From NCBI GenBank assembly GCA_009602735.1, contig WELA01001054.1, positions 100,853 through 153,943 of the forward strand: 53,091 bases of DNA. Direction: 5' to 3'. The notes under the pieces are model-generated. The model was not told the DNA's origin, made no database searches, and saw nothing but the letters and a program-made list of their open reading frames with translations. This document shows, in pieces, positions 37,001 through 49,729 of the stretch. Origin of the DNA: Mesotaenium endlicherianum. Taxonomy: Eukaryota. The translations under genes and the position numbers were made by a program. Every line of letters begins with the position of its first letter. Positions within the stretch are counted from its first letter, which is position 1.

Positions 37001-40000
37001 CCGCAGGAGCCGCAGGCTGGGCAGAGGAAGAGGCAGCAGCGGCCGCGGGTGCTGAAGTGGCACCGGCGCCAGCGGAAGCTGAAGGAGCGGGAGCGTGAGC
37101 AGGAGGACCAGCGCCCGAGCCTGCGGTGGCTCCCTTTGATCCTGGGCCAGACGCGGAGAACGCGTCGAAGGAAGCTTGCTGAGCATGCTGACCGTGCTGA
37201 CCGTGCTGCTGACCAGGGGCGGCAGGGGGGGTGGGCCCACCAGAGGGGAACAAGAAGGGCGCGGCTTGCTGGGGGCCAGAGGGCACGGCAAAGGGATCCG
37301 GAAACTGAGCAGGGCCAGGTGCAGGGCCTGGAGGGAAGGCGGAAGGCGGGGAGGGGGCTCCGAAGCTACTCCATTGCTGCTCACACACAGACAGAGAGAG
37401 AGCCCGAGAGGAGGCGCAGACTCAGTCCTCCAAGCTGTAGCGGGAGAGCAAGCGTGAAAATTAGCAGCCATTCATCTCCCGAGCAACGCCATGGAGCGGC
37501 ATGTCCAGACACGTGTCACACACAGGATAGTGGAGGAGCGAGAGAGAGGGAGAGAAAGAGAGAGAGAAGCTGCTATAGCTCCGCCAGCTTTAGGGTGACC
37601 TCTCGCCTGTATCAGCATTGCTACCCATTCAGCTGTATCGTAACCACGGCTACACACCTTCCAGGTCAATCTGCAGGGGCACACGCTGGCAGACAAGTGA
37701 CTCCTTAAAGAAGTTCTCAACGAGGTGAGCACTAATCGACACCTACCTGATTGACTTGCGGCGGCTGCTGCTGGTGTGGTTGCTGCTGCTGCTGCTGCTG
37801 TTGCTGCTGCTGCATACCCCCCATGAAGCTTCCTCCAAACATCCCACCCGCCTGCGGCACCGCGCCACCTGGCTGCATGTGCTGCATACCCTGTGCAGGT
37901 CCAGGCCCAGGTGGTGCGAACCCAAAGCCACCGGCTCCGCCAGGTGGCCATGCCCCTAGCCCCCCGCCGAATTGCATCCCTCCCATTCCAGCAGAGCCGC
38001 CCTCAGCAGCAGCAGGAGCTGCACCAAAGGCAGGGGGGCCTGAGGAGCTGCTGTCGAATACCGCCCAGGTCCCCCCCATCGCCGGAGCTGCAGGCATCCC
38101 TGGCGGCTGCAAGCCTGTGCCCCCAAAGGGATCGACAGAAGGCTGAGGCTGCGATGCAGGAGGGGGTGCTGACTCGGCAGAGAAGTCGATCAGGCTGACG
38201 GGCTCAGGGGGCGGGGGAGCTTGCTTCGCGAGCTTGTCGGACGTCGAGGAGCCATCCGAGGCAGGGCCTTGATTGTTGCCCAACGGGAAAAGCTTTCTCG
38301 GAAGAGATGCCTGCCAAGATTACGACCAGGACACGTCTGTGCTCAGGGGGAGGCTAACCTGAGTGAGCAATTTTAATGCTGGGGAATGGGGAATCTGGAA
38401 GACATGACTCTGTGGTGTGATAGACCAGCACAACTATCAGATAGCAATGATACACTAAGTGTGAGAGATAAGACACTTAGCTGTCAGCCACGCAGCCCCT
38501 ACAACAGGTCACGGTATTGCCTCCTCCCGAATCAGACAGTGTACCTCTCATGACTAGCCCCATCTGACAGTCCTTCAAATTGGTACCATAAGAAGATCAG
38601 ACCTCCAGGTACATTCTGGGCTGCCTAAAAGACCTCTGAGAGGGTGAAGGGGAGGCGGCCTCGACTCCTTACAGGGGATCCAGCAGTGGCGCTGAGAGGA
38701 GACCTCGAGCTCCGCGACGTGGCGTCGTCTGCATATCTTCCATTGGAGTCAGAGGGGTCTTCGATGGTCAGGATGGTCCCTGGGCCAAGGATGTCACTGA
38801 CAGCTCTGATCGGCGAGTCGCCAAAGTCCCTTCTGCCTCTGCTCCAGTCGTCTGCGGCACGCCTGTCCCTGTCGTCGTACCCACTGCCCCTCGAGTCTCT
38901 GTCACTGAACCCTCCCCTGTCCCTTGAGGCTCTCAGCGGGTTTTCGCCCCTGGAGTTCCGCAGAGGGTTCTCTCTCGAGCTCCTCATGTCATCCCTGGAG
39001 CCTCTGACGTCATCTTGCCGGGCTCCCTTATCTCCAAATCTGGGAGGCCCTCTATCGTCAGATCTGCCATCGTCATACCGTCGCCCCCCCCTGTCTTGGC
39101 TGCCGCCAGTGCCCAGGGAACCAGCAGACTCCTGGGGCCTGGGAGGGTCTCTCTCAGAAAACTGCACTCGCCCCACAACAGGTCTTCTTCAGCTTTTATC
39201 CCAGTAGTCCTCACTCCACCACTACCAATTAGATCTTCACCTGCCTCACAAGATGATCATATATACTTACCTAATACTAGCCACTTCACATTTCAAATCC
39301 TGTGATCCCTCATTGTCTTAGTGAGGTTTCCATCGACTTACTTGTCCAGCTCTGTAGGACAATAAGACACCTGCAGCTTGTTTACATCCCTTGAAAACCA
39401 GAGAACGTAGTTGACTGGCTCCCCGCAGCAAGTATCCCACCAGCCCGTGTATATGCACAAACTTCCAGGCCTCAGCCACGCTCATAAAGTCGTGCCCGAG
39501 CTTACAAGAGAAGCCTGCATGCTTGTGACACACGTAAGGTATTTGCACTGACTGCCACGTGATTGTATGTATGGCATCCTAGCTTTGCATCCCAGCCAAC
39601 CTCAAACCTTGAATCACAACGCACACCATAAACAAAATGGTCAATGTAGCTGACAACGTACAACATGTCAAAACTTACTCTTGAAGGTCTCTCTCCTGTG
39701 TATCTTCTGTCCACGTAGACTGCTCGGATGAAGCTTCTCAATGCTTCCGTGTTACTGCCATAGACAACCAGACCAGTCAACCACCACTTCCCAATTAAAG
39801 GAGGTCGCCTGGAAGAAGATAAACTCCAATAACTCATAACCTCATATATGATGTCAACATCGTCATTCGAGTTGCCAGTCACACCAAAGTTGGCCATTTA
39901 CTCACCTGTTGTCAGGCAAAGGTTGACGTGAGGCGTCATAGTCCTTGAAGAAGATCTGGCGTGCTCGCTGCAATTAAAGGAGACCAGTCATAACCACTTT

Positions 40001-40988
40001 CTTTATTGCTGACAATTATGCAAAAGTATAGCTGATCAAAGCGTTCTGCCAGCACTTGTCTGTCACTAAATCTTAAATGGCTAACTTTCTCTCGCACGTT
40101 ACCACATCTCCCCACCGAAACAGCGACTTTGCACAGGTATTTAGCCATAAACCGCCTCCATATCCTCAAAAAGCTTGACACATGAGCTGAGGAGGTGCAC
40201 TGAAAGCCATACCTCGTTTCCGCCTTGCTCCAGCGCACTCACTTCTTCCTGTGTGAACTTTGACATTGAAACCGATTTGATCCTGTGCGTGAACTCCCGA
40301 CTGTCATGAGACACCAGGACAATAAATGCATATGTTTAGGCGTGATTGCAAATTAATACCATATTTGTTTCCAACATACTAGAAAGGATACAAACCTTCT
40401 CAGCACCCACATGTCTGCTTCATCTAGGTAGCAGATTAGAGCAACAATACAGTACATAAAAATACACACACTGATAAAAGCTGAAAGCTTTGTATAGGGA
40501 GGAACTTACTGCACTCCACTACAAGCGATGCAGACAAAGGTCGAAAAGTTGATGCATACATTTTGTGGTGCCTGCAAGACAAACTAAGAGGTCAGTAACA
40601 CAGAACATTCATTCTTTCACCTGTTCAATCTTAGAGGTAGAAGTTGTACAAGCGCCACCGAGAAAAGACACGCCTCCTTTCCGGTATAAAGACGGGACGT
40701 GTAGCCGTAGCCTCAGAATGCAGCATGAATACACTCTGCGATTGGATCTACAACATATGTCTTTCTACATAAACTTTGGCCGCATCATAAAGGCAGAGCT
40801 CACTACTCCACACGAACTCCACGACACAGACAGTTTTGTCAATCAGGAATCAAGTTGGTCGATCGTGATATTGTGACCAAGCTATGACTTACCACAGTTC
40901 CACAATTTATACACTTCCTGTTGTCGGGAAGCTTCGATAGACCCCTCAACAACTTCTCAAGTCTTTCTTCATCTTTCTTGCGAGACAT
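34010..40988 (-). CDS. ArfGAP of the AGD14/AGFG (HRB-like) class, about 855 aa, 13 coding exons
   Basis: Exons: 40988-40893 (MSRKKDEERLEKLLRGLSKLPDNRKCINCGTV), 40571-40510 (APQNVCINFSTFVCIACSGVH), 40300-40213 (REFTHRIKSVSMSKFTQEEVSALEQGGNE), 39967-39906, 39754-39679 (LRSFIRAVYVDRRY), 39161-38673, 38310-37747, 37376-36963, 36373-36191, 35785-35711, 35378-35213, 34614-34566 and 34253-34010 (...AGNPFG*). It has the CX2CX16CX2CX4R zinc finger, and the tail carries LIDF, DPF, NPF, WxxF and FG motifs. Confidence 0.95.
34781..34870. repeat. (GA)n/(GT)n compound microsatellite in ArfGAP intron
   Basis: agagagagagagtgagagtg...tgtgtgtgagagagag. Confidence 0.9.
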
Positions 40989-42183
40989 GTTTGTACGCTA
41001 TAGTCTAATAAGTTCAAAGAGCTATCATGAAACTTAACAACAATCTGATGAAAACGGCTAACGTATAAATTAAACAGCCTATGGACACCCAGTCGTTGCA
41101 CAGTCCTTCCCAGAATCTCAAAAGAAAAAAAAACAACCGGCCTATCCAAGAATCCACACGAAGTCAACAAGGTCTTGCCATAAACATTTGAAGAGGAAAG
41201 CACACCAGCATCAAAAAGAACCTGCTTCTAATTCATGTGCATCCCTCGGTCCGGCTTTAGGACGATCATCAAATTAAAACCTCTACATTCGCTTGCCGAT
41301 GACCTGAAGTGACGTTTTTGTACTGCCGACGCGCCATAGCCGCTGCTGCTTGAAATTTAAATTTGGAAATTAGGCTCCCTTCAGGGCACTTGTCCAGGGA
41401 AAGTGCATACTAAGTTGTATATTGCAGATAATTGATTATATGCATAAGTAAGAACCTCCAGTTCGCATTAACGTATCTCCGGTCCTAACACCGTAATGCA
41501 CTGGTTCGAAGCTCGAAAGTCAAGAAGTGCTGGCCAGCTGGACCACTCTTCTTTGCTACCACATTGAACCTGCCTCACTCAACTTGGCCTCAATCGGAGT
41601 TGGACCATACGACATGCAGCCAGCCTTCGTGTCATGGGACTATAGCTGCTATGAAGCTATATACAGCCTGTGGTTATGCAACGAAAAAAATCGATAATCC
41701 ATGTCCAGTAGGTCTAGGCCAACTCTTCCTTCTTCCTTTCCCTGGCCATTAAACATGGTGTCGGAAGGTCGTGAACGATGTGTGCCACATTCACAGCCTA
41801 GAGTACGGCAGCGGCATTTGGTATACTAGAATGAGGACTGAGATTAGTGATACCTGTGTTTCTTACATTGAAGAACGTCAATCATCATGCCCTCTTCCTA
41901 GATGCTGGCTTGGAAGCGTTTCCGTCCCCAGTCCTGTCCGAAGACGCTGCATTCCTGCATGTAGTTGGGCTCATTCGGCATATGGGCCATACTGAGCCTG
42001 GCGGTGTCACAAAAGATATGGAAGCGTCATCCCACTAGTCTAGCATTGGTTGAACTCGGCAGGAAGTGGTTTGGAGGCCCTGGGACACGGTTCAGTATTC
42101 TCTTCGACTGCTTCCTCACTGACAAGGCCCCTGTACCTAGCGGCACCTTCTTCTGCAACCTTCGTTGCCATCGTTCGGTATAG

Positions 42184-45100
42184 ATGTCAGGAAGCGGAAA
42201 CGAGGAGGAGGTGGCGGCCAGTCTCACTCGCATAGGCAAGCTCGACCGGGATGTGGAGGAGGTCACCGATGCCTGCGAGGAAGTCATGCTCCTCTGGGGG
42301 CTGAGAGATCCCATGAGCGTGAGGCAGGGAGCATTTGTCGCTCAGGGGGCTCAGGAGCTGAGGCTGGAAGCGTGCGGGCAGAACATCCATGTGATCCAAG
42401 CGCCCACCTCGCTGGTGAGCAGCTGCACCTCAGTTGCTTTCACTGGCAACTCGGGAGTCTCTCCAAGGCTGGAAGGCGGCTGTTTTCAAAGTAGACACAT
42501 TGACATTGAACTCGACAAATTTTTTGAAGTGTCAATCTCTGCAGAGACCTGGAGATTCAAGGAAGCCGGTGCGCGCTCGTGTGTATGTGTGGGTGTGTGT
42601 GTCTGCGTGTATGTGTGCGCGAGCGCGCGCGTGTGCGCGTGCGCGTGTGTGTGTTGAGGAATAGCAGAAAGCTTCTAGTGCTGGCCTCAGCTGGTGTGGG
42701 GTTCGTTGCTCTCACACTTGGTCAACCTTGCCCACCTGCATGTGTGCGCACTGCCACTCTCTGCCATGTGAGCGCTCCAACTTGATCAGCGTGCGAAGCT
42801 ACTGGCTGACGATGTGTGATGCGATTGAAGGTTACACGTGAAGCCTTGTCACAAAGTCTGTGCTCTTCACACCCAGGGGCATTGACATCCGTTGAATCCA
42901 CCATGCGTGGCCTCCATCACATTAAGACACCGTATCAACCACCGAGAGACACATGTACACCACTGGCATGATTTCCGCTTGCATAATTGTGACTTGCATG
43001 AGTTCCGCTTGCGGAAGTTTCCCCAACTCTTATGCCACGCGGGCCCTTTGATGGCGACGATCTGACGGCAAGTCTGGCAGGCTCCTGCCGACGTCCTGCC
43101 CTTCTCCCTGCGAGCGAGCAGATGAAGCCAGGTGTCACCGGCGCGGTCATGTGGGACAGCGGCGTGGTGCTGGCGAAGTTTCTGGAGCATGCGGTGCATG
43201 ACAGGGCGTGGCTACACTTGCGGGGCTGCAAGTGTGTGGAGCTGGGAGCCGGCTGTGGCCTCGTCGGGTGCGCCCCTTCCCTGCTCTCCATCACCCCCCA
43301 CCCCCCCTTTCTCCTTCCCTCCCTCTCCCCTCCCTCCCTGCTCCCTCCTCCCTCTTCTCCCTCCCACCCTCCCTTCTCTCTCTTCTTGTTTCCTTTCTTC
43401 TCAGCCACTCTCGCTTCTCAGATGCTCGGGGTGCAATTCCAGTTTGACGCTTCCTATTGCATGCAATAGCTGGCTCCAGGGATAACCTAATGCCTGGCGC
43501 AGCCAAGCCCAAGCCAGGCCCAAGCCGGGCCGAGACCAGCCCTAGCCCAGCCTGATCCTAGCCCGAGCCTCTCCCAAGCCCAACCAAGCGTTGCTGTCCT
43601 GCCAATAGTGTGAACGATTCTAAGAGTTGCGGACAGCAGTGTTGTTTGTCCTCTCTGCCGAGGAATGACAGCCACAGGACTCCTCTGCGCCCCTTGTGTT
43701 CCGTAACAGGTTGAGGTCATTCTTACAAACCTTCTTAGGTAGCAGCTGTTCTCCGCTTCATTAGTACGGGCTGTGGTGGACGGGAGCTCCCTAGGGTTAC
43801 GGCCGGTGTACACACGGGCACCAGGCACTAACAGCGGCCATTCAGTAGGACTCGTGAAAGAGGAGAAGGCGTGGCGACGCTTCACCCGCTGCTTGCGTCA
43901 TCTGGGCATCACTCGAGCGGGCGTTGCAGCAACAATTGCTTGGTCGGGGTTTTGGACGGAAGTGGCTACAATCGTGACACTTGGAGCGACGTTGTTACTG
44001 CGAGTGCCGAAGCCGGGCCTGAGGTCGCTCTCGCACACGTGCAGGCACCCGCCCACCCAGGCACGCACATGCACGCACGAGCACACATACGCATGCACAC
44101 GCGTGCACATGCATGCTCGCAGAGTACAAGTATTTACTTTTAGTAGCCAGAAGCCGTTGCTCTTTCAGAGCTAGGGTTGCAAGTGAAGCGCCTGAAGAGT
44201 CTTGAGGACGATCGAGTGGGTGCCTGCGTGCGTGCGTGCCTGCGTGCGTGCGTGCCATGCCTTCGTGTATGTGTGCGTCTGTGTGCGTGCCTGCGCGCGC
44301 GCGTGTGTGTGTGTGTGCGTGTGCAGAATCGTGGCGGCGTTACTGGGGGCGGACGTGGTGCTCACAGATCTGTACGACAGGCTGAAGCTGCTGCAGCAGA
44401 ACGTGGACGAGAACTCGCTGCCACCTGGCGCCTCCTCCAAGCAGGGGGCGCTATCGGTGCAGGAGCTCACCTGGGGGGAGGACCTGGAGCCCTCCCTCCT
44501 GACGCCACCTGTCGACTTCGGTGAGAACATCTGAGCCCCTCTCCCGGAACGCCACCTGTCGCCATCAATGAGGCCGTAGACTGGACTCCTTGGCATCTGT
44601 GCCAGGTGTCAAATCTCAGGCAGTGGAAAAGGAAAAGGGGAAAGGCCTGGTGTTGAAAGCCTTGAGAGGAGTGGCTCAGCAGAGGTCGTCTGGTCAATTG
44701 GTCCTTGGTCAGCCGGGGTCAACGCAGGAGACTCGTGTCGTTGTCTTCGCCGATGGGCAAACAAGGCCTTTGTCAGGCTTCGTGCATATATGCCCTTCAA
44801 CCCAAAACCCTAAACTCAATCGCTAGACCCCTCTCCGGAACCTATAACCAAGATGTGCACATCTGGACTATTACAGTGGTGCGTGAGGTGCCCTGAGTTC
44901 TAATCTGAAACCTAATCCACTTACAGCCAGGTTGCACAAGTCGGGGAGGCGCGGGCGGGGCCGAGGCAAAACTCGCCAATTGGCACGGAGGTAGCAGAGC
45001 CCACCGCAGTGCCTCGCCTCCGATGCCCAGCGTCGTGACAGCTGGCGGGCAGCACACGCGCCCACGCCTAGCAAACCGTAACCCTGCGGGGCCCTCCGAC

Positions 45101-46363
45101 TAGCCTCCAGCCTTTCGGCTCTCCCCCACCGCCAGCTTAGAGACATGTGTGTGTACTTGTCCCTCGTACCTTTCAGCCCTAGCTTAATTAGCAGCGCCTA
45201 TCGTGCCCGACCCCTATCTGTACTCCTACTCCTAAGTCCTAGTTCTACTTAGCTCCTCATCTTGACCCTGACCCTGACCCTGGCTCCCAGCCCGGACCTG
45301 AAACCTGGACCCCAAACCCTAACCCCGAATTGAGGCTGGCCCCCGCACTCCGGCTTTTGCCGTGCTCCCTAAGCGCCAGGCGTGCTCCAGTCTAGGAGGC
45401 GTGCGCCAACTCCTCTGATGCTCTCGCGGGTGACGACACCCCAGCTATACATACAGTCTAAAGACGTGAGCTCACTCCCCGGACTTTCTCACGGGTGACG
45501 GCGGCGCCCCCTGACCTGAGCTGGCTGCCGCAGCCCCGGGCCTTGTCCTCTCCTCCTGATGTCGCGCCGCAAGCTCTGCTGCGCTGTGCTGTGCTGGCGG
45601 ATCGCGCGCGTGGCGGGCGGCGCAGTGCTGGCGTCAGACGTGGTGTACAGCGAGCAGGCCGTCGGCCCCCTCGTGGCCACGCTGCTCGCCCTCTGCACAC
45701 CTGGCGCGACCACAGTCCTCCTCGCTGCCGAGCTTCGCAATGGTGAGTCTGCCCTGGAAGGGATTCGGGGAAAAGGGGGACAGGGGGCGGGGACCTGCGG
45801 GGAGGNGCTCGCTAAATCAAATCGAATCTCTTGCCACCATTCTAATTTGCTGAAGCTCACGGGGTCTCATGGCAGAGCAGCCACGTGCAGCCACGTGGCA
45901 TGTGCCGTGCGTGCGTGCGTGCGTGTCCATCTCAAGCTTCATCCAGCCGAAATTTCGATGAGTTGTTCCGCAGCAGAGCTTTTTCATGCGCCCTCCTCTG
46001 GCGTCATGGCGCCTGGAGTGGCAATGTGCTGTTCCACCTGCAAAACAGAAACAAGATGGCCTAGGCTGCATTCATGTAGGTATGCAAGCAGGCAGGCAGG
46101 CAGGCAGGCAGGCCGGGCGGCAGCCAGCCAGCTGGTGCGCAGAGACGCAGCTACGCTTCGATCCTGACCCGAGCGCGCATGCGTGCCGCCCGGATGTGCT
46201 GGCAGACGCGGTCCTGGAGGCGTTTCTGGAGGCAGCGTTGGCATCATTTGCGGTTGGACAGGTGGCGTTGGAAGACCTGCACCCTGACTTCCGGAGCCGG
46301 CGTGTTGTCATCTACGCGCTCTCCCTCAGGGCCCGCAGCTCCGAGGGCCAGGGCCCCGACTGA
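42184..46363 (+). CDS. Seven-beta-strand protein-lysine methyltransferase, Methyltransf_16/METTL21 family (METTL21D/VCPKMT-like), about 281 aa
   Basis: Exons 42184-42414, 43122-43267 (PGVTGAVMWDSGVVLAKFLE...CVELGAGCGLVG, motif I), 44327-44520 (VVLTDLYDRLKLLQQNV...ELTWGED), 45626-45742 (VLASDVVYSE, the family DxxY motif) and 46206-46363. Phases are consistent. The ATG follows a TAG that may be an acceptor, so a further upstream exon is possible. Confidence 0.94.
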
Positions 46364-49300
46364 TGCCGTCGGGTTCTCGGAGTTCCTCGATGCTGCCATG
46401 CGGCGGCTCCTTGACGTATTGAATGGCATGCCCGCCATCTGCCCGCCTTTCTGCCTGCCTGCCGCCCTGCCTGCACGCACACACACCCCGCCCGCCCACT
46501 TGTCCGCACGCCGGCCTGCGTGTCTGCACGGCCTGCCTGCTGGTCTGTGGGTTTGCCGGCCCGCTGCCGGCCATGGACGAGACGGCAGCCTCAGCTCTCA
46601 CGTGAGAGGTGGCGTAATCTTGGAGAGGTGGAGCAGAGGAGGTGGCACCCGGGCTTGGCTGAAGCAGCGCTGCCACCTGGCAACATCCCCAGCTGATGAG
46701 CTGCCGGGTTGCCTGTGACGAGAAACAGCAGGAAGCGCTCGGGGCTTTCCAGGGCAAAAAGAGATTGGTGCCAGGACAGGTGGGCCCCCCCCAGGGGCGA
46801 AAATGGTCCAAGGGGCAGAAATGGCCCCAAGCTTGGGCAGTACTGGTGACGTAGCGAGGGACCTCCTGGAGCATGCAGCTCCACGTTGCCTCTGGAGAGA
46901 AAGAGGGGGGGGGGGGGGTTATGCAGGGGAGCAGGGGGCCAGGGGGCGCCCATCTCTGTTCACACTCGAAGAGGAGCGCGCGTGTTTGTGCTGGCTTGCT
47001 CCCACTCTGGCTCCACGGCCTCTGGCGGGGCCAGCTGGCGGGCTGCAAGGCTGGCTGACTGGCTGGCTGGCTAGGCGATGGAGGGAGAGCGGGGTGCTCG
47101 CACCCCTGCATGGAAATATGCGCGCATGCGTGCATCGTTTCAGCTGTGTTTGTTGGCAGCTGCCATGAATGTGTGCCCGGGAGATGCTCCAGCACCACAT
47201 CTGAACTCGAGCAAAGCGTGGCCCCGCCTGTTGGCTTGTACGAGTTTAGTCATCGGTTGAAAACTACTGTGCAGCTGTTGTTCGTCTCTTGCAACAGTAG
47301 GTTGAATTTCTATATCCAACGATGCCAATTACTTTCTGCCAACCATCACATTTTTAGGACATTAGCAGCCTAGGATTAATGAGTGGCCCTTGTTGGCGTT
47401 TGTTGACGAATTCCAAACATGTCCACATCGTTTGATTGCTACAAATTTGCGTTATGTTGCGGTTAGCACTGGAAACAGTTAGTGTGGTTCGCTTAATACG
47501 CAGCAGGCCATCAGTCTTCTTGCATGGGCAACGGCGTGACTTGTATTGACCCAGTTGGCTATGGCTTGGCAGTTGAACTGTATGTATGAGGTGCAACTTA
47601 TTGGTACACCCAAGTAGGCAGCCGTTGCTAGAGTGACTGCTATCTACATGTTCCTTGGCTCTGTAAAAATGAGGGCAAAAAAAGTTATCTGAATGATGTC
47701 AGCAACAAGACTGTGGCCTGAGGTCCCCTGTATTGTCTCAGGTGCGTGGGAGTTGTCTTACAGCCATGCAAGTAGTAGCTAGCTACAAGAAATTACGCAA
47801 TCCATTTTTAGCGATGTCCATAATGCACAAGGCAATCACGTCTGAGCATTGATGACGTTTGACATCACTGACAACCATTAAAATGCCGACACAGATTTTC
47901 GAAGTCCACATATTAGAAGTCGAGTCCTAGAGGTGCCTCCAAAGCTTATATAAACTGAAGAACTGCGCAAGCCCAATAACGGCAGTTGTCTGTACTTCCA
48001 CGCCAGAAAGGTACGGGTGGGGTATGAAGCCGTCGGGATGTACATGGACCTCTGCTCACTCTATGGCTTAATGACCGCATTTTGAAACAAGATGTGTTGA
48101 TCAAGAATTACAATCTCAATGAGATCCGCCCAGAAATGTCGATCGCAGAGATACATGCAAATATCATCAATTGTACCTAGCTTGGGGGTGGTCAAAAGAT
48201 GTCATGTTGTGTTCCTAATCATTTTTTAATGTTACAAGTGCACGCTCTTTCTCATTGATCTTGATTGAACGTTGTGCTTCTTGACTGTGACTATGCAATT
48301 CTATTAGACAGTCGTTTCTTGAATCCAATTGTGGCCCGTACAATCAATAAGCTGTTTTTTGTTGTTGAGAACTATACTTAAACTTGGGCAAATGCCAAAA
48401 ACCTTGTGAAGTTGTTTCTCCACCACCCCATTCAATCCTGTAAGCAGTGCACATATACGCTGTGATTGGAGTCAATTAAAGCTCGATGGCCAACAGAAGC
48501 ATGATTGATTATCGAGCTGCTGTTGAACCAAACAGAATCAAGATCCTAAACATAAATTGTACGTTTGGACAGCATTGCAGCTGGAAATCACCACTGCAAG
48601 CGCACGAACAAAGGCCTGAGGCGCAAACAGTGAGTACGCTCCCTCTCGCCAGCCTCGCCTCCAAGCACCCTCCAAATAAGGACACCTCATTCAGGACACA
48701 TTCTTTCGCATGCTTGCATCCCAGCCGTCATAAAAGCCTGTTCATGCAGCACCCCAATTGAGCGTCGTTTGCAAAGGCATGATCACAGGAATATGTGGAG
48801 GCACCATAAGGTATACCCCGCAGCCCAAGACAAAGCCAGAGAAGCTGTTGTTGTTGGAAACCCCTCTCCGGGTACAGAATCCGACGATCACAGACCTTGC
48901 AGCAGCTCCCGTCGCTCATTCTGACATGTGTTACCGCCTCTGGACTGCCCCTCCACCGTCTCCTATCATCGAGTCCCTTTTATTGATTTTTTAATTTGAC
49001 ACCATCTCCTGAATTAAGTCCCAGGTATGTACACAAGGCCCAGTCGTACTGCACCACTCTAAATACTCTCCAATAACTACAGATCGTGGGTGCGATAAAC
49101 CACACCCTAAAAACCTCGATCTCTGTACCTCCCACAAAGTGGGCGCCGATGTCGAGGGCCCCAGCATGGCTGGGCTGCAGGCCAGTGACAGCTGGCAAGG
49201 GTGGCAGCTGGCAAGGGTAGGCGGAGACCTCAAATCTCCCATCTGTTGAGCCTCTCATGCCTCCCCTATCGAGTGGCTGGCGAGGGCCTCTTCCAGACAA

Positions 49301-49692
49301 TGAACCAGGTCGTACTTGGCGGCTACATTCATGGCTGCATGCATGCACGTACATGCCAGCTCATGCGCGATCCAGCCGTGCCAAGCCTACTGGTCGACCT
49401 TGGGCCACAGCCATTGAGTGGCTGCCAGATCAGCGCACTTCAGGCAAGCAGACGCCAGCCGATCTCAACCGGAGAAGGTAACCCCCCCCCACCCCCCCCC
49501 CTCCCTCCGCTTGTCAAGTTGAGCGCGCACGCGCACGAACACGCGCACGCATACACATACACATATGTGTGTGTTCACGCAAGCGGTAGGGAGTGTCGGC
49601 CCGCACGGCCAAGCCTAGCGTCGTTCGATGCTGCGTGTGCAAGTGGAGCTGCTTTGACAGAGCCATGGCAGCGAGCTAGCTGTCTAGCTCCA

Positions 49693-49729
<37 letters not shown>

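Noticed and set aside
39342..39370. Possible ArfGAP micro-exon with a strong GTAAGT donor
   Set aside because: Either acceptor gives a non-triplet length that breaks the frame between the flanking phase-0 exons; it could only be an unproductive isoform.
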